From: Macrostomum hystrix
Taxonomy: Eukaryota > Animalia > Platyhelminthes
Assembly: GCA_950097015.1 (NCBI GenBank)
Contig: CATNEN010000025.1
Location: forward strand, 930,001 to 994,000
Length of the DNA: 64,000 nt
Direction of reading: 5' to 3'
Shown here: positions 11,691-23,056 of the stretch, piece after piece
How the letters are laid out: each line of letters starts with the position of its first letter
How positions within the stretch are numbered: the stretch's first letter is position 1
The notes under the pieces: model-generated
What the model was told of the DNA's origin: nothing
Databases searched by the model: none
The model's input: the letters and a program-made list of their open reading frames with translations, nothing else
Program-made: the position numbers and the translations under genes

Positions 11691-14600
11691 TCAATCATCT
11701 GAATCCTGGAACTTGGCCAGAAACTGCTTAATCTGGTCCCCGTCGCGTGCCAGAATGGCCTCATTAAGCCGAGCATTCTCCAGAGCCTGTCTCACATTGC
11801 GCTCAGCCGAAGGAACCGGGTTGGCCTTGAAGAAGCCTTCGATATCGTCGGAGTCTTCGGCTGAGCAGAAATGGTTGCACAACAGCTGCACCAGCCGGCT
11901 CATGAGCACCTGGCCGGAGAGTTTCTCCTGGAACCAGGCCCAGCGAGACTTCACAAACTGCCAGGTAGCCCGACGGGCCTCAAGGCTGCCGCTGGCGGCG
12001 CCGCTGATGACAAAGATTGCGTCCTGCAGGCGAACCTTCTGGCTGACGGCCAGCTCAAGGACTCGCTGCCTCAGCTTCGGATCTTTGGCGCTGCCCAGAC
12101 TGCGAAGGATCCGGTCCTGGGGGATTTGGGGATCGGAAACTTCGGGTTTTTTATAATAGAGCCAAATTGGGATTTCAAAAGATCACAACGAAGGATTCTT
12201 TCTTCTGAGACAAGAACCAGTTCGGCAACTCTCAAGAACGTCGAGATATTCATCAATGATTCTGACAGAAGGTCCACTTCCCCGTAATTGCTAATGCATT
12301 CAGTTTTGCCATCAGCATTGCGTCTCCTTAACGATCGACCACATGTGTCTGCATAATCTCAGCCTTCAGTGTCTAGTGTCCTTTACCTTGGCGCTAACTG
12401 TACACACGTAGTTGGTTGAAAACTTCTCTAATCTTGCTCATCAAGCTCTAGAAAGTACAATTGGTCAGTTAAAGTGGCTCTGTCTATCGCGTTTGCCTCT
12501 CGACCAAGGTCCCTGAGCTCGAATCCGCGGCGAGGCCACATTCATTTTTGGGCGCTGCCGCGGAGAGAAGGCTTGGGGGCTTGTCAATTTACGCCCTTGA
12601 GGGCCAACCTGCAAGGCACAGTGAAATTTTACACTGCCTGACGATGAGAAAGTCAGGGCAGTTGTACACACCTGTGTGAGCGTGTGCCTGCGTATAGTAT
12701 CTGTGTGCGTGTGTGCTCAGGAGTCAGCGAACTAGGCAGAATTGCCTTCTCGCTGGCTGCGGGTCTAGTGTCACCTAATGATGTGCCGTTGCCCGCAGCC
12801 CTCGTGCAATTATTTTTATTATAACTATTAAAGTATCTTCAAAAAGTCACTGGCGGCGTGGCATGGCTCCCTTCCGGCGCAGCAAAAACGGACTAAAAAT
12901 AGCTTAATTTTCCAACTGTTAGGGAATCGAATATATCCCATAGAATAGGGAATATAACATAGGGATCTCATTTTGGGATATGGGATCAGAATAATTGTCG
13001 CACCTTCTCCTCCTGCAAGTCGGTCGCGTCCAACAGACGCATGGCAGATTCGAACTCCTGCACTCCCCCGTTGGCCAGCACCGAGGTGTACACGCTGGCC
13101 CTGAGATCGGCCGGCAAGGCCGCCTCGCCGGAGCAGTGCCTAGCGAAGCGGGTCCTGGCCTCAGCTAAGACCGTCTCGTGACCGGCCTGGCCTAGCGAGC
13201 CAATCAGAGCCGACCGCAGCAGGGCAGCGTCGTGACCGTCGCCATGGCGATTGTCCCAGCCCAACCGCTGGTATGCGGGTTCGCACAGCTGCCTGATGAA
13301 GGCGCGCCACTGCTTCATCATGCCCAGGTGATCGGCCAGCACACGAATGTTGCTCAGGTTGCAGAGCAGGTCAGACCACACCGTGTAGAATTCTTCATCT
13401 TTGAATGCGTCGGCAAGCTCCAGCACCTGCACTGTGGACACGCGACCAGCTGAGGCCAAGGCGAAGAGATCGTTCTCCAGGTTGAAGCGATCCCGCTGGT
13501 TGAGCTAAAATGAAGGAATATAGGGATCATTATGGGATCATAAGTAGCTGACGTCTTTTTGAGGATTTTATCGTGGTGAATAGATCGGGTGGGACATTGA
13601 GGATATTGGCGCGGGGATTAGATTGGTTGGGATTCTGAGGATATTGGCGCGGGGATTAGATTGGTTGGGATTCTGAGGATATTGGCGCGGGAATTAGATT
13701 GGTTGGGATTCTGAGGATATTGGCGCGGGGATTGGATTGGTTGGGATTCTGAGGATATTGGCGCGAGGATTGGATTGGTTGGGATTCTAAGGATATTGGC
13801 GCGCGGATTAGATTGGGTGTGATTCTGAGGATATTGGCGCGGGGATTAGATTGGGTGGGATTCTGAGGACATTGGCGCGGGGATTAGATTGGGTGGGATT
13901 CTGAGGATATTGGCGCGGGGATTAGATTGGGTGGAATTCCGAGGATATTGGCGCGGGGATTAGATTGGGTGGGATTCTGAGGATATTGGCGCGGGGATTA
14001 GATTGGGTGGGATTCTGAGGATATTGGCGCGGGGATTGGATTGGTTGGGATTCTAAGGATATTGGCGCGGGGATTAGATTGGGTGTGATTCTGAGGATAT
14101 TGGCGCGGGGATTAGATTGGGTGGAATTCCGAGGATATTGGCGCGGTGATTAGATTGGGTGGGATTCTGAGGACATTGGCGCGGGGATTAGATTGGGTGG
14201 GATTCTGAGGATATTGGCGCTGGGATTAGATTGGGTGGGATTCTGAGGCTATTGGCGCGGGGATTAGATTGGGTGTGATTCTGAGGATATTGGCGCGGGG
14301 ATTGGATTGGTTGGGATTCTGAGGACATTGGCGCGGGGATTTGATTGGGTGTGATTCTGAGGATATTGGCGCGGGGATTGGATTGGTTGGGATTCTGAGG
14401 ACATTGGCGCGGTTGATTAGATTGGGTGGGATTCTGAGGATATTGGCGCGGGGATTAGATTGGGTGGGATTCTAAGGATATTGGCGCGGGGATTAGATTG
14501 GGTGTGATTCTGAGGATATTGGCGCGGGGATTAGATTGGGTGGGATTCTGAGGCTATTGGCGCGGGGATTAGATTGGGTGTGATTCTGAGGATATTGGCG

Positions 14601-17600
14601 CGGGGATTGGATTGGTTGGGATTCTGAGGATATTGGCGCGGGGATTAGATTGGTTGGGATTCTGAGGATATTGGCGCGGGGATTAGATTGGTTGGGATTC
14701 TGAGGATATTGGCGCGGGGATTGGATTGGTTGGGATTCTGAGGATATTGGCGCGCGGATTAGATTGGGTGTGATTCTGAGGATATTGGCGCGGGGATTAG
14801 ATTGGGTGGGATTCTGAGGACATTGGCGCGGGGATTAGATTGGGTGGGATTCTGAGGACATTGGCGCGGGGATTAGATTGGGTGGGATTCTGAGGATATT
14901 GGCGCGGGGATTAGATTGGGTGGGATTCTGAGGATATTGGCGCGGTTGATTAGATTGGGTGGGATTCTGAGGATATTGGCGCGGGGATTAGATTGGGTGG
15001 GATTCTGAGGATATTGGCGCAGGGATTAGATTGGGTGGAATTCCGAGGATATTGGCGCGGTGATTAGATTGGGTGGGATTCTGAGGACATTGGCGCGGGG
15101 ATTAGATTGGGTGGGATTCTGAGGATATTGGCGCGGGGATTAGATTGGGTGGGATTCTGAGGATATTGGCGCGGGGATTGGATTGGTTGGGATTCTGAGG
15201 ACATTGGCGCGGTTGATTAGATTGGGTGGGATTCTGAGGATATTGGCGCGGGGATTAGATTGGGTGGGATTCTAAGGATATTGGCGCGGGGATTAGATTG
15301 GGTGTGATTCTGAGGATATTGGCGCGGGGATTAGATTGGGTGGGATTCTGAGGCTATTGGCGCGGGGATTAGATTGGGTGTGATTCTGAGGATATTGGCG
15401 CGGGGATTGGATTGGTTGGGATTCTGAGGATATTGGCGCGGGGATTAGATTGGTTGGGATTCTGAGGATATTGGCGCGGGGATTAGATTGGTTGGGATTC
15501 TGAGGATATTGGCGCGGGGATTGGATTGGTTGGGATTCTAAGGATATTGGCGCGCGGATTAGATTGGGTGTGATTCTGAGGATATTGGCGCGGGGATTAG
15601 ATTGGGTGGGATTCTGAGGACATTGGCGCGGGGATTAGATTGGGTGGGATTCTGAGGACATTGGCGCGGGGATTAGATTGGGTGGGATTCTGAGGATATT
15701 GGCGCGGGGATTAGATTGGGTGGGATTCTGAGGATATTGGCGCGGTTGATTAGATTGGGTGGGATTCTGAGGATATTGGCGCGGGGATTAGATTGGGTGG
15801 GATTCTGAGGATATTGGCGCAGGGATTAGATTGGGTGGAATTCCGAGGATATTGGCGCGGTGATTAGATTGGGTGGGATTCTGAGGACATTGGCGCGGGG
15901 ATTAGATTGGGTGGGATTCTGAGGATATTGGCGCGGGGATTAGATTGGGTGGGATTCTGAGGATATTGGCGCGGGGATTGGATTGGTTGGGATTCTGAGG
16001 ACATTGGCGCGGTTGATTAGATTGGGTGGGATTCTGAGGATATTGGCGCGGGGATTAGATTGGGTGGGATTCTAAGGATATTGGCGCGGGGATTAGATTG
16101 GGTGTGATTCTGAGGATATTGGCGCGGGGATTAGATTGGGTGGGATTCTGAGGCTATTGGCGCGGGGATTAGATTGGGTGTGATTCTGAGGATATTGGCG
16201 CGGGGATTGGATTGGTTGGGATTCTGAGGATATTGGCGCGGGGATTAGATTGGTTGGGATTCTGAGGATATTGGCGCGGGGATTAGATTGGTTGGGATTC
16301 TGAGGATATTGGCGCGGGGATTGGATTGGTTGGGATTCTAAGGATATTGGCGCGCGGATTAGATTGGGTGTGATTCTGAGGATATTGGCGCGGGGATTAG
16401 ATTGGGTGGGATTCTGAGGACATTGGCGCGGGGATTAGATTGGGTGGGATTCTGAGGACATTGGCGCGGGGATTAGATTGGGTGGGATTCTGAGGATATT
16501 GGCGCGGGGATTAGATTGGGTGGGATTCTGAGGATATTGGCGCGGTTGATTAGATTGGGTGGGATTCTGAGGATATTGGCGCGGGGATTAGATTGGGTGG
16601 GATTCTGAGGATATTGGCGCAGGGATTAGATTGGGTGGAATTCCGAGGATATTGGCGCGGTGATTAGATTGGGTGGGATTCTGAGGACATTGGCGCGGGG
16701 ATTAGATTGGGTGGGATTCTGAGGATATTGGCGCGGGGATTAGATTGGGTGGGATTCTGAGGATATTGAAGTGAGGAAAAATCAGGTGGGATTCCAGGGA
16801 TATAGCTATTGGGAGGTGTAATAAGAGGTCGGATGGGATTCGGTTGACATTATGGTAGATTTTACCAACCTCTTCCCGGTGCAGGGCCAGCACGAGGTCT
16901 TGCAGCATTTCTCGACTATACTCAGTCCGGTAGACTCCGATGCAACCCGGGTTAAGCTTAACCCAGGCGGACTTTGGCACACGAAAGCTAGCAGTTCTGT
17001 CCGACAGCACTAGCTGATGCCTGTAGCCTGTAGCTGTCAGCACCTGAACTGGCACACGCCAGGTAAAATTGCACTTCTGAGCTGAGTTGGTTGAGCCCAA
17101 CTGGAACTTGTCCTGGCTGATTGTGAGCTCAATACTGTTCTCAGGATCGTCAAGCGCCGGCCTAGTGCTCACAGTAATGACAGGATAACCCATCTGCTTA
17201 GTCCAGGCTTCCATTACAAACTGGACGGGCTGTCCAGATGCTTCGGCCAAGGCCTGCCAAAGGTGTTCGGTGCTAGCATTGGCGTACTGGTGCCGCCGAA
17301 GGTAGAGACTGAGGCCGCTGCGAAATGCTTGTTCGCCTAGCCATTCATGCAGCATGCGGATTATGGAGGCACCCTGCGTTTGAGAGGCCAGGGGGGTTTA
17401 ATCTGATCTTTTAAGATCGGTGACAGATTAGAGAACTGCCTGATAAGAGAGGTGACAGATCAGAGAACTGCCTGATAAGAGAGGTGACAGATTAGAGAAC
17501 TGCCTGATAAGAGATGTGACAGATCAGAGAACTGCCTGATAAGAGAGGTGACAGATCAGAGAACTGCCTGATAAGAGAGGTGACAGATTAGAGAACTGCC

Positions 17601-20437
17601 TGATAAGAGAGGTGACAGATCAGAGAACTGCCTGATAAGAGAGGTGACAGATTAGAGAACTGCCTGATAAGAGAGGTGACAGATCAGAGAACTGCCTGAT
17701 AAGAGAGGTGACAGATTAGAGAACTGCCTGTTAAGAGAGGTGACAGATTAGAGAACTGCCTGATAAGAGAGGTGACAGATTAGAGAACTGCCTGACAAGA
17801 GAGGTGACAGATAAGAGAACTGCCTGATAAGAGAGGTGACAGATCAGAGAACTGCCTGATAAGAGAGGTGACAGATTAGAGAACTGCCTGTTAAGAGAGG
17901 TGACAGATTAGAGAACTGCCTGATTGACCCACCGCAACCTTACCTTTGAGTAGCTGATCGCGTCAAAGATCTCGTCGATCTCGCAGGGGTTTCCAATCTC
18001 GATCTCAATCGGGTGGCTGTTGTCCAACGCATCCAACTCGAGCGCTCGGGACAGGTCGCTCTTCACAAATCTTGTCCAGATGTCAAACTCGGGGTAGCAG
18101 TGATCCACGCACAGGTATTCAATCCACGAGGCGAAGCCCTCGTTAAGCCACAGGTGGGTCCACCATTTCATGGTGACCAGGTTGCCAAACCACTGGTGGG
18201 CTAGCTCGTGGCCAACAACCAGGGCAACCTATAAGTACACCGGGTTCACTTTTGCGCCGGAATTTCAGACTAAATGATCAGGATTTCTGAATGGATCTGG
18301 GAATTTCATGGGGGCTGAAGCACAGTAGGGGAGCTGTAGCCTAGTGGTTAGAGCGTCGGACTCACGACTCGAAGGTCGGGGGTTCGATTCCCAACTCCAA
18401 TGGAACAATTTGTGTCCTTTAGCAAGAAAAGTTAACTCTGCATTGGTTAAATTCACTGTTAAATGTGTACCAGCAGCAGCTGGGGTAATTGAGGGCGGGT
18501 GTTTGGTCCCCCCAGTCCATGGACTGAACATCTGTGCGCAGTCTTCAGGTGGCAGGTGTAGTCGATTGTTATTCTTTTAATTTTTTGGGATTTTAGAATA
18601 GATCAGGGATTTCAGACTAGATGAGGAATTTCAGACTAGATCATGGATTTCAGACTAGATCAGGGATTTCAGACTAGATCATGGATTTCAGACTAGATCA
18701 GGGACTTCTGATTAGATCTTATAGATTTCGCCATGCAGGATTTCTTAAAGACATAAATTAGCATTTATTAAATAAAAAGAATGCTTTCAAACACCCGAAT
18801 GAAACTACTTTAAGTAGCCAGCTAAGAAGTCAACAGAGTCGAAGGAGCATGGCAACTATAGCTAACCCGCTCCTTAGTAGCCGCACTAGAATTCTCAGCG
18901 TCAACCAGCAGGGCCGTCTGCCTATAGGTAACTAGGCCCCAGTTCTCCATGGCTCCGAATGCAAAATCTGGCACAGCAATCAGATCGAGCTTCGGCAGCG
19001 GATAGGCGATACCGAAGAACTCCCGGTAGAATGGCAGAGTCTTCTTGGCCACCTCCAGGGCGAAGCGACCCTGCTCATGCTTTCCAACCGGCGTGTACAC
19101 CCTCAGCTTGACTCCGTCCGAGTCAAAATCTTCGACATAGTCGAAACGGCCGACAATGCAGGCGACCAGGTAGGTCGACATGATCGGCGACTGGTCGAAT
19201 TTCACAGCGACGCGACCAGCATGGGTTGGCGATTCGGTTCGAGCAATCTCTGGCATGTTAGATAGAGCAGTCTGGTCCGGCTCAACAACTAGAGTGACAT
19301 CGAAGGTCGCTTTCACTTCGGGCTCATCCCAGCAGGGGAAGGCGCGCCTGGCATCGGTGGGAGCGAACTGTGTGACGGCGCAGCGGACCTCGACGCCGGA
19401 AACCAGATAGGTTGACCGGTAGAAACCTTTTAGACGATCGTTGAGCTGGCCGGAAAATGACATGCTCAGCCTGCCGGCACCAACTGGCAATGGCGACGAG
19501 AATGACAGACGGACTGTCTCTTCGGCGGCGTTGTACACGACTTCGCTGGCGACAGCTTCAGTTGGAATTAGACGCGGATGCTTGGGTTAATAATGCTAGA
19601 AACTGGGGATGGCGGCTGTACTGGACACTCTATGGGACAATCTGTCCACTCTGATGTGGACAGATCCTGGGGACAATCTGTCCATTCTGGTGGATAATCC
19701 TGGGGATAATCTGTCCACTCTGATAGATAATCCTGGGGACAATCTGTACATTCTGGTGGATAATCCTGGGGATAATCTGTCCACTCTGATAGATAATCCT
19801 GGGGACAAGCTGTCGACTTTGATGGATAATCTGGGGGATAATCTGTCCACTCTGATAGATAATCCTGGGGACAATCTGTCCATTCTGGTGGATAATCTGG
19901 GGGATAATCTGACCACTCTGATGTGGACAGATCCTGGGGACAATCTGTACATTCTGGTGGATAATCTGGGGGATAATCTGACCACTTTGATAGATAATCC
20001 TGAAGACAATCTGTCCACTCTGATGGATAATCCTGGGGACAAGCTGTCCACTTTGATGGATAATCTGGGGGATAGAAGCTGTCGATACTAATCTTAACAT
20101 TATTACTACAAAGATTTGTACCTACTTGATTAATAGTGGTACGAATGAACTCACCATCATTAAATTTTGCCGAAGTAATTTCAATCTCAGCAGAATTTAA
20201 CACCAAATTTCGGGTGGCTTCCAGAATCTAAAAATGTTTTTATACTCTGATATCTCCTTTGCAAATATTGTTTAAGTTCCCTAATCAAGAGAGGTGAATA
20301 TAAAAAGTATGGTTCCTTGCCTCAACAGTAATAACTTGCTGGCCTGTGAAAGTGTAATCTTGAAGATTTGGCGCCAATGTCAGATTATAGTTCAACGGCT
20401 TGGAATGGCTTGGTAGCCTGTTAAATTTTTCGGACAT
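11691..20437 (-). CDS. NPEPPS: Puromycin-sensitive aminopeptidase (M1 family zinc aminopeptidase), 7 exons, ~864 aa
   Basis: Exons (minus): 20437-20321, 20227-20155, 19555-18867, 18228-17944, 17373-16870, 13504-13004, 12116-11691; they join in frame to 865 codons. Motifs: [23 protein letters not shown]-x-LWLNEGFA (HEXXH-x18-E), [13 protein letters not shown], and an ERAP1-like C-terminus ([13 protein letters not shown]). The exon 3 acceptor position is the least certain. Confidence 0.95.
12470..12790 (+). mobile_element. SINE-like repeat family B, longest copy, in the last intron of the aminopeptidase
   Basis: tRNA-like head with a B-box variant (gagctcgaatcc); body shared with copies at ~176, ~22160, ~58615 (minus) and ~63955. 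Confidence 0.65.
13598..16767. repeat. 38-bp tandem minisatellite (ggatattggcgcggggattagattgggtgggattctga) with an 800-bp higher-order repeat
   Basis: Fills aminopeptidase intron 5; diagnostic variants recur every 800 bp. Confidence 0.95.
17420..17925. repeat. 32-bp tandem minisatellite (gagaactgcctgataagagaggtgacagatta)
   Basis: Fills aminopeptidase intron 4. Confidence 0.95.
18330..18560 (+). mobile_element. tRNA-derived SINE, family A
   Basis: A-box tagcctagtggttagagcg and B-box ggttcgattccc, but imperfect T and acceptor stems. Followed by gtgtcctttagcaag and the palindrome cagtccatggactg; related copies at ~58145-58300 and ~62490-62560. Confidence 0.7.
18598..18715. repeat. 19-bp tandem repeat (gatcagggatttcagacta)
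   Basis: Direct reading. Confidence 0.85.
19630..20072. repeat. ~33-bp tandem minisatellite (ataatcctggggacaatctgtccactctgatag)
   Basis: Fills aminopeptidase intron 2. Confidence 0.9.
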
Positions 20438-21224
20438 GTTTTTATGTTGATAATTTAAGCTTCTTAGCTCGTAGTTTTGTGTTGGGGTGATTTAAGAACG
20501 AGTGTTTGAGTCAAGTGTTTGAAAATTGCAGAAAGACTTACAATAAGAACTATTGCTATGCGTTTTTGTCGGGTATTTTTGATAACAACTTTATCGCTAT
20601 AGCGTGAGAGCCTTTTTCTTTACCGCACATTAGGCATATGTACACTGTCTGCTAACTGAATGTACATCGACTAAATGTACACTCATATTTCGGGCCTAGG
20701 GTGTGGGGGTGTAGAAAAGTTTTGTTTTAGGACTGAATGAACCGTTAAAAGCCCAAAGAACCCCCCAGTGAATTGAGGCTCTCGAACCAATTATGACAGA
20801 AATATAGATAAATTCAAGGCACACATTTTAGAAAATAAAGTCACACTGAATTCTTGGCTTAAACAGGGAATGAAACTAAAATCGTTCTACTTATAATTCT
20901 TAAATTTTTGCATTTGTAACAGAAATTTAACAGTTTTCAGTTAATTTCATTTTCTTCAGACTATCTGTCAAATTACTCGTACAAAACGATGGCTGATGAA
21001 TGAATGCATCATGTCCACTCTTAGCTGGCGGCCTAATGTAGATCCAAAGAATCCATGTGAGAATCCATTTCACATTAAGACTTTTAAAATACCATTTAGG
21101 GATTGATCCCATGCAGGGAATGGATTTCTAAAATAATTCGGAAACCGCAAAATCTAATGTGAGTTTAACAGCCATTATTTAAACAAATTTGTAACCAATT
21201 TTTCTATTGAAAATCATTTCCTAG

Positions 21225-21966
21225 AATCCCAGCCTCACATCTCAGCCCGGGCAGCTACCTGCAGCAGCTGCATCAACGAGCAGTCGCGGGACTTTCATTT
21301 CAACGCCGACTGTTGATCTGCTCGGAGGAGGCGGACCGACTCGCTCAGCTGCCGGAGGTGCCAGTCACCGCTGTCGACGTCGCCTCTGAACGTGGAGGCT
21401 TCGCCCGCCTCGAGCTGGGCCTCCACTGCGCCGCCTGCCTTCTCCCACTGGCCGCTCTGGCAGCTGCCGTCCTGGCCGCCTCAGCCAGAAAGCGTCGACG
21501 CAGCCGACGCCTGACGGCGGCCGAGTTGAACGCCTGCGTCGCTTTCGCCCTCGAGGAGGCCTGCGCCGCGGCGGCGGTCGCTGCTGCCAACGGCGGCCAC
21601 TTTACGGCTTGTCGCCTGGTAGCCGCAGCCTGGCACTGGCTTGGCCTGGCCAGAGGCTGCGCCTTGCTGCTGCTGACGCTCGACCAATGGCGACGACTGC
21701 AGCGTCGACTGGCTGCACCGCGGCGTCAGGAGCTTCAGCTTCAGGAGCAGGAACAGGAGCAGACTGTACGCCCGCCAACTGATTCGAATCGTAGTGCTCC
21801 TACTCGCCGGCATCGACAGGCTTCGTCGACTAGGAGGCGTCGGGATCGTCGGCTTAGGAGCGCCCGGACAGCCGCCAGGCTGGGCCTCGCCTGGCTGGCG
21901 TCGCTTCTACCGGCGGCCACCGTCTGGCTGGCTGAGGCGGCCGCCGCTGCCGGCGTTCTGGGCACA
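21225..21966 (+). CDS. Exon 2 of a putative secretin/adhesion/Methuselah-like 7TM receptor (TM1-TM4)
   Basis: Open frame from acceptor tttcctag|A (phase 2). Hydrophobic segments LHCAACLLPLAALAAAVL, LNACVAFAL, CRLVAAAWHWLGLARGCALLLLTLDQW (class-B TM3 pattern C...HYF.LA....D.W) and AWLASLLPAATVW. Donor ACA|GTGCGT after 21966 (phase 0). Confidence 0.7.
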
Positions 21967-22028
21967 GTGCGTGCTCTTGGGCATTGCTTGGGTGTCTATT
22001 CTCGCTTCGCATTTACTTCCTCACTTTC

Positions 22029-22330
22029 TGTGGGGCAAGTGGTGTCGCGTCTCACTTTTGCACTAAGGTTCAGGGGTTCGAATCCGCATACGAAGATAAA
22101 AAATTCAATTTCTGTTCTCGTTTTCGGAAAGGAGCGGCGGAGTGAGCGGCAGAGTGGTAACGCCCCCCTGAGCTCGAATCCGTGGCGAGAACGCCATTAA
22201 TTTTGGGGCGCTGCCGCGAAGGGAAGGCTTGTCGTGCCATTTACGCTCATGAGGGTCAATTAGAAAGCTATGGCAAATGTACACCCCTGAGCCTGTGTCA
22301 GTATCCGTGTGCGTGTGTGCTCAGGTACTT
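22029..22330 (+). mobile_element. tRNA-like head (22029-22092) followed by a SINE family B copy (~22160-22330)
   Basis: A-box-like tggggcaagtggtgtcgcg and B-box ggttcgaatcc; then ccctgagctcgaatccgtggcga...gtgcgtgtgtgctcagg. Confidence 0.55.
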
Positions 22331-22438
22331 TGCACATGAGCACAAATTGCATACAAAGTATTTGCGTTCTTTGATTGTGTCTCGTATTGATTTATAAATC
22401 TGTGGCCTTTTTCGTGTTTACAAAATAAAATATTTCAG

Positions 22439-23047
22439 ACCCCAGCCGGACCATTTTACTGCGCGCCTGTAGGGCAGCAGCAGCAGGCGTTGCTGCTGCC
22501 ACCGCCGCAGCCGACCTTGTCAAACCCGGCGGCCTTCGCCGCGGCCTCCGTGGCACCGCACTGCGCCCTACTTGGCGCCTCCGCCGTCCTCTTGGCCGCC
22601 GCGTGGCGCCGCCTGCAGCGCGCCGACGCCGCCGCCGTCTCCTTCGAGCTGCGACCGGAGCGGCACCGAGCCCGGCTGCACGCCTGCCTGCTGGCCGCGT
22701 CCACCGTGGCCTGGGCTGCCAGCCTGGCTGGCCGATTCGCCGACTCGTTATCGACGTCGACGCTGCTGGCTCGTCTTCTCGCAGCTGGCGCCGATTTCAG
22801 CGCCTGTGGAGCTCTCTTCGGCCTGGCCTGCCTGCTGCCGCTGAGGCGTCGACTTGCCGCTGCAGCCGCCGCCGCCGCAACAGCCGCCGCCGCGTCTGCT
22901 GGCACCGCGGTCAGTGGCGTCGACGTCACAGTCGACGTTGAACCAGTTGCCTCGCCTGCCGACGTTCATAACAACCATATTGACTGCATCAACTCGATTG
23001 TCGTAATTGACGGAAGCGTCTGTGGGGGCAAATTGCTGGCTTCTTGA
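22439..23047 (+). CDS. Exon 3 (terminal) of the putative 7TM receptor (ECL2, TM5-TM7, C-tail)
   Basis: Acceptor tatttcag|ACC (phase 0). ECL2 Cys (PFYC), TM5 AASVAPHCALLGASAVLL, TM6 LLAASTVAW, TM7 FSACGALFGLACLLP (similar to the class-B S.QG motif); stop at 23045-23047. Confidence 0.7.
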   Translation, partial: TPAGPFYCAPVGQQQQALLLPPPQPTLSNPAAFAAASVAPHCALLGASAVLLAAAWRRLQRADAAAVSFELRPERHRARLHACLLAASTVAWAASLAGRFADSLSTSTLLARLLAAGADFSACGALFGLACLLPLRRRLAAAAAAAATAAAASAGTAVSGVDVTVDVEPVASPADVHNNHIDCINSIVVIDGSVCGGKLLAS

Positions 23048-23056
23048 AGATTCCTC

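Noticed and set aside
12630-12660. Possible hammerhead ribozyme (ctgacgatgagaaa)
   Set aside because: It forms a simple hairpin; I could not build the three-stem core with CUGANGA, GAAA and NUH in the right order.
7715-16767. Regular ~38-bp periodicity suggestive of CRISPR arrays
   Set aside because: Units are head-to-tail with no unique spacers, there are no cas genes, and the context is a eukaryotic intron.
18330-18399. Possible tRNA-Val(CAC) gene
   Set aside because: The anticodon, T and acceptor stems are mismatched or shortened, and the same shortened end plus downstream body recurs at ~58145, so it is treated as a SINE head.
21313-22200. 295-aa ORF as a stand-alone gene
   Set aside because: It begins at TTG inside a longer open frame and runs into intronic SINE sequence after 21966; better explained as an internal exon.
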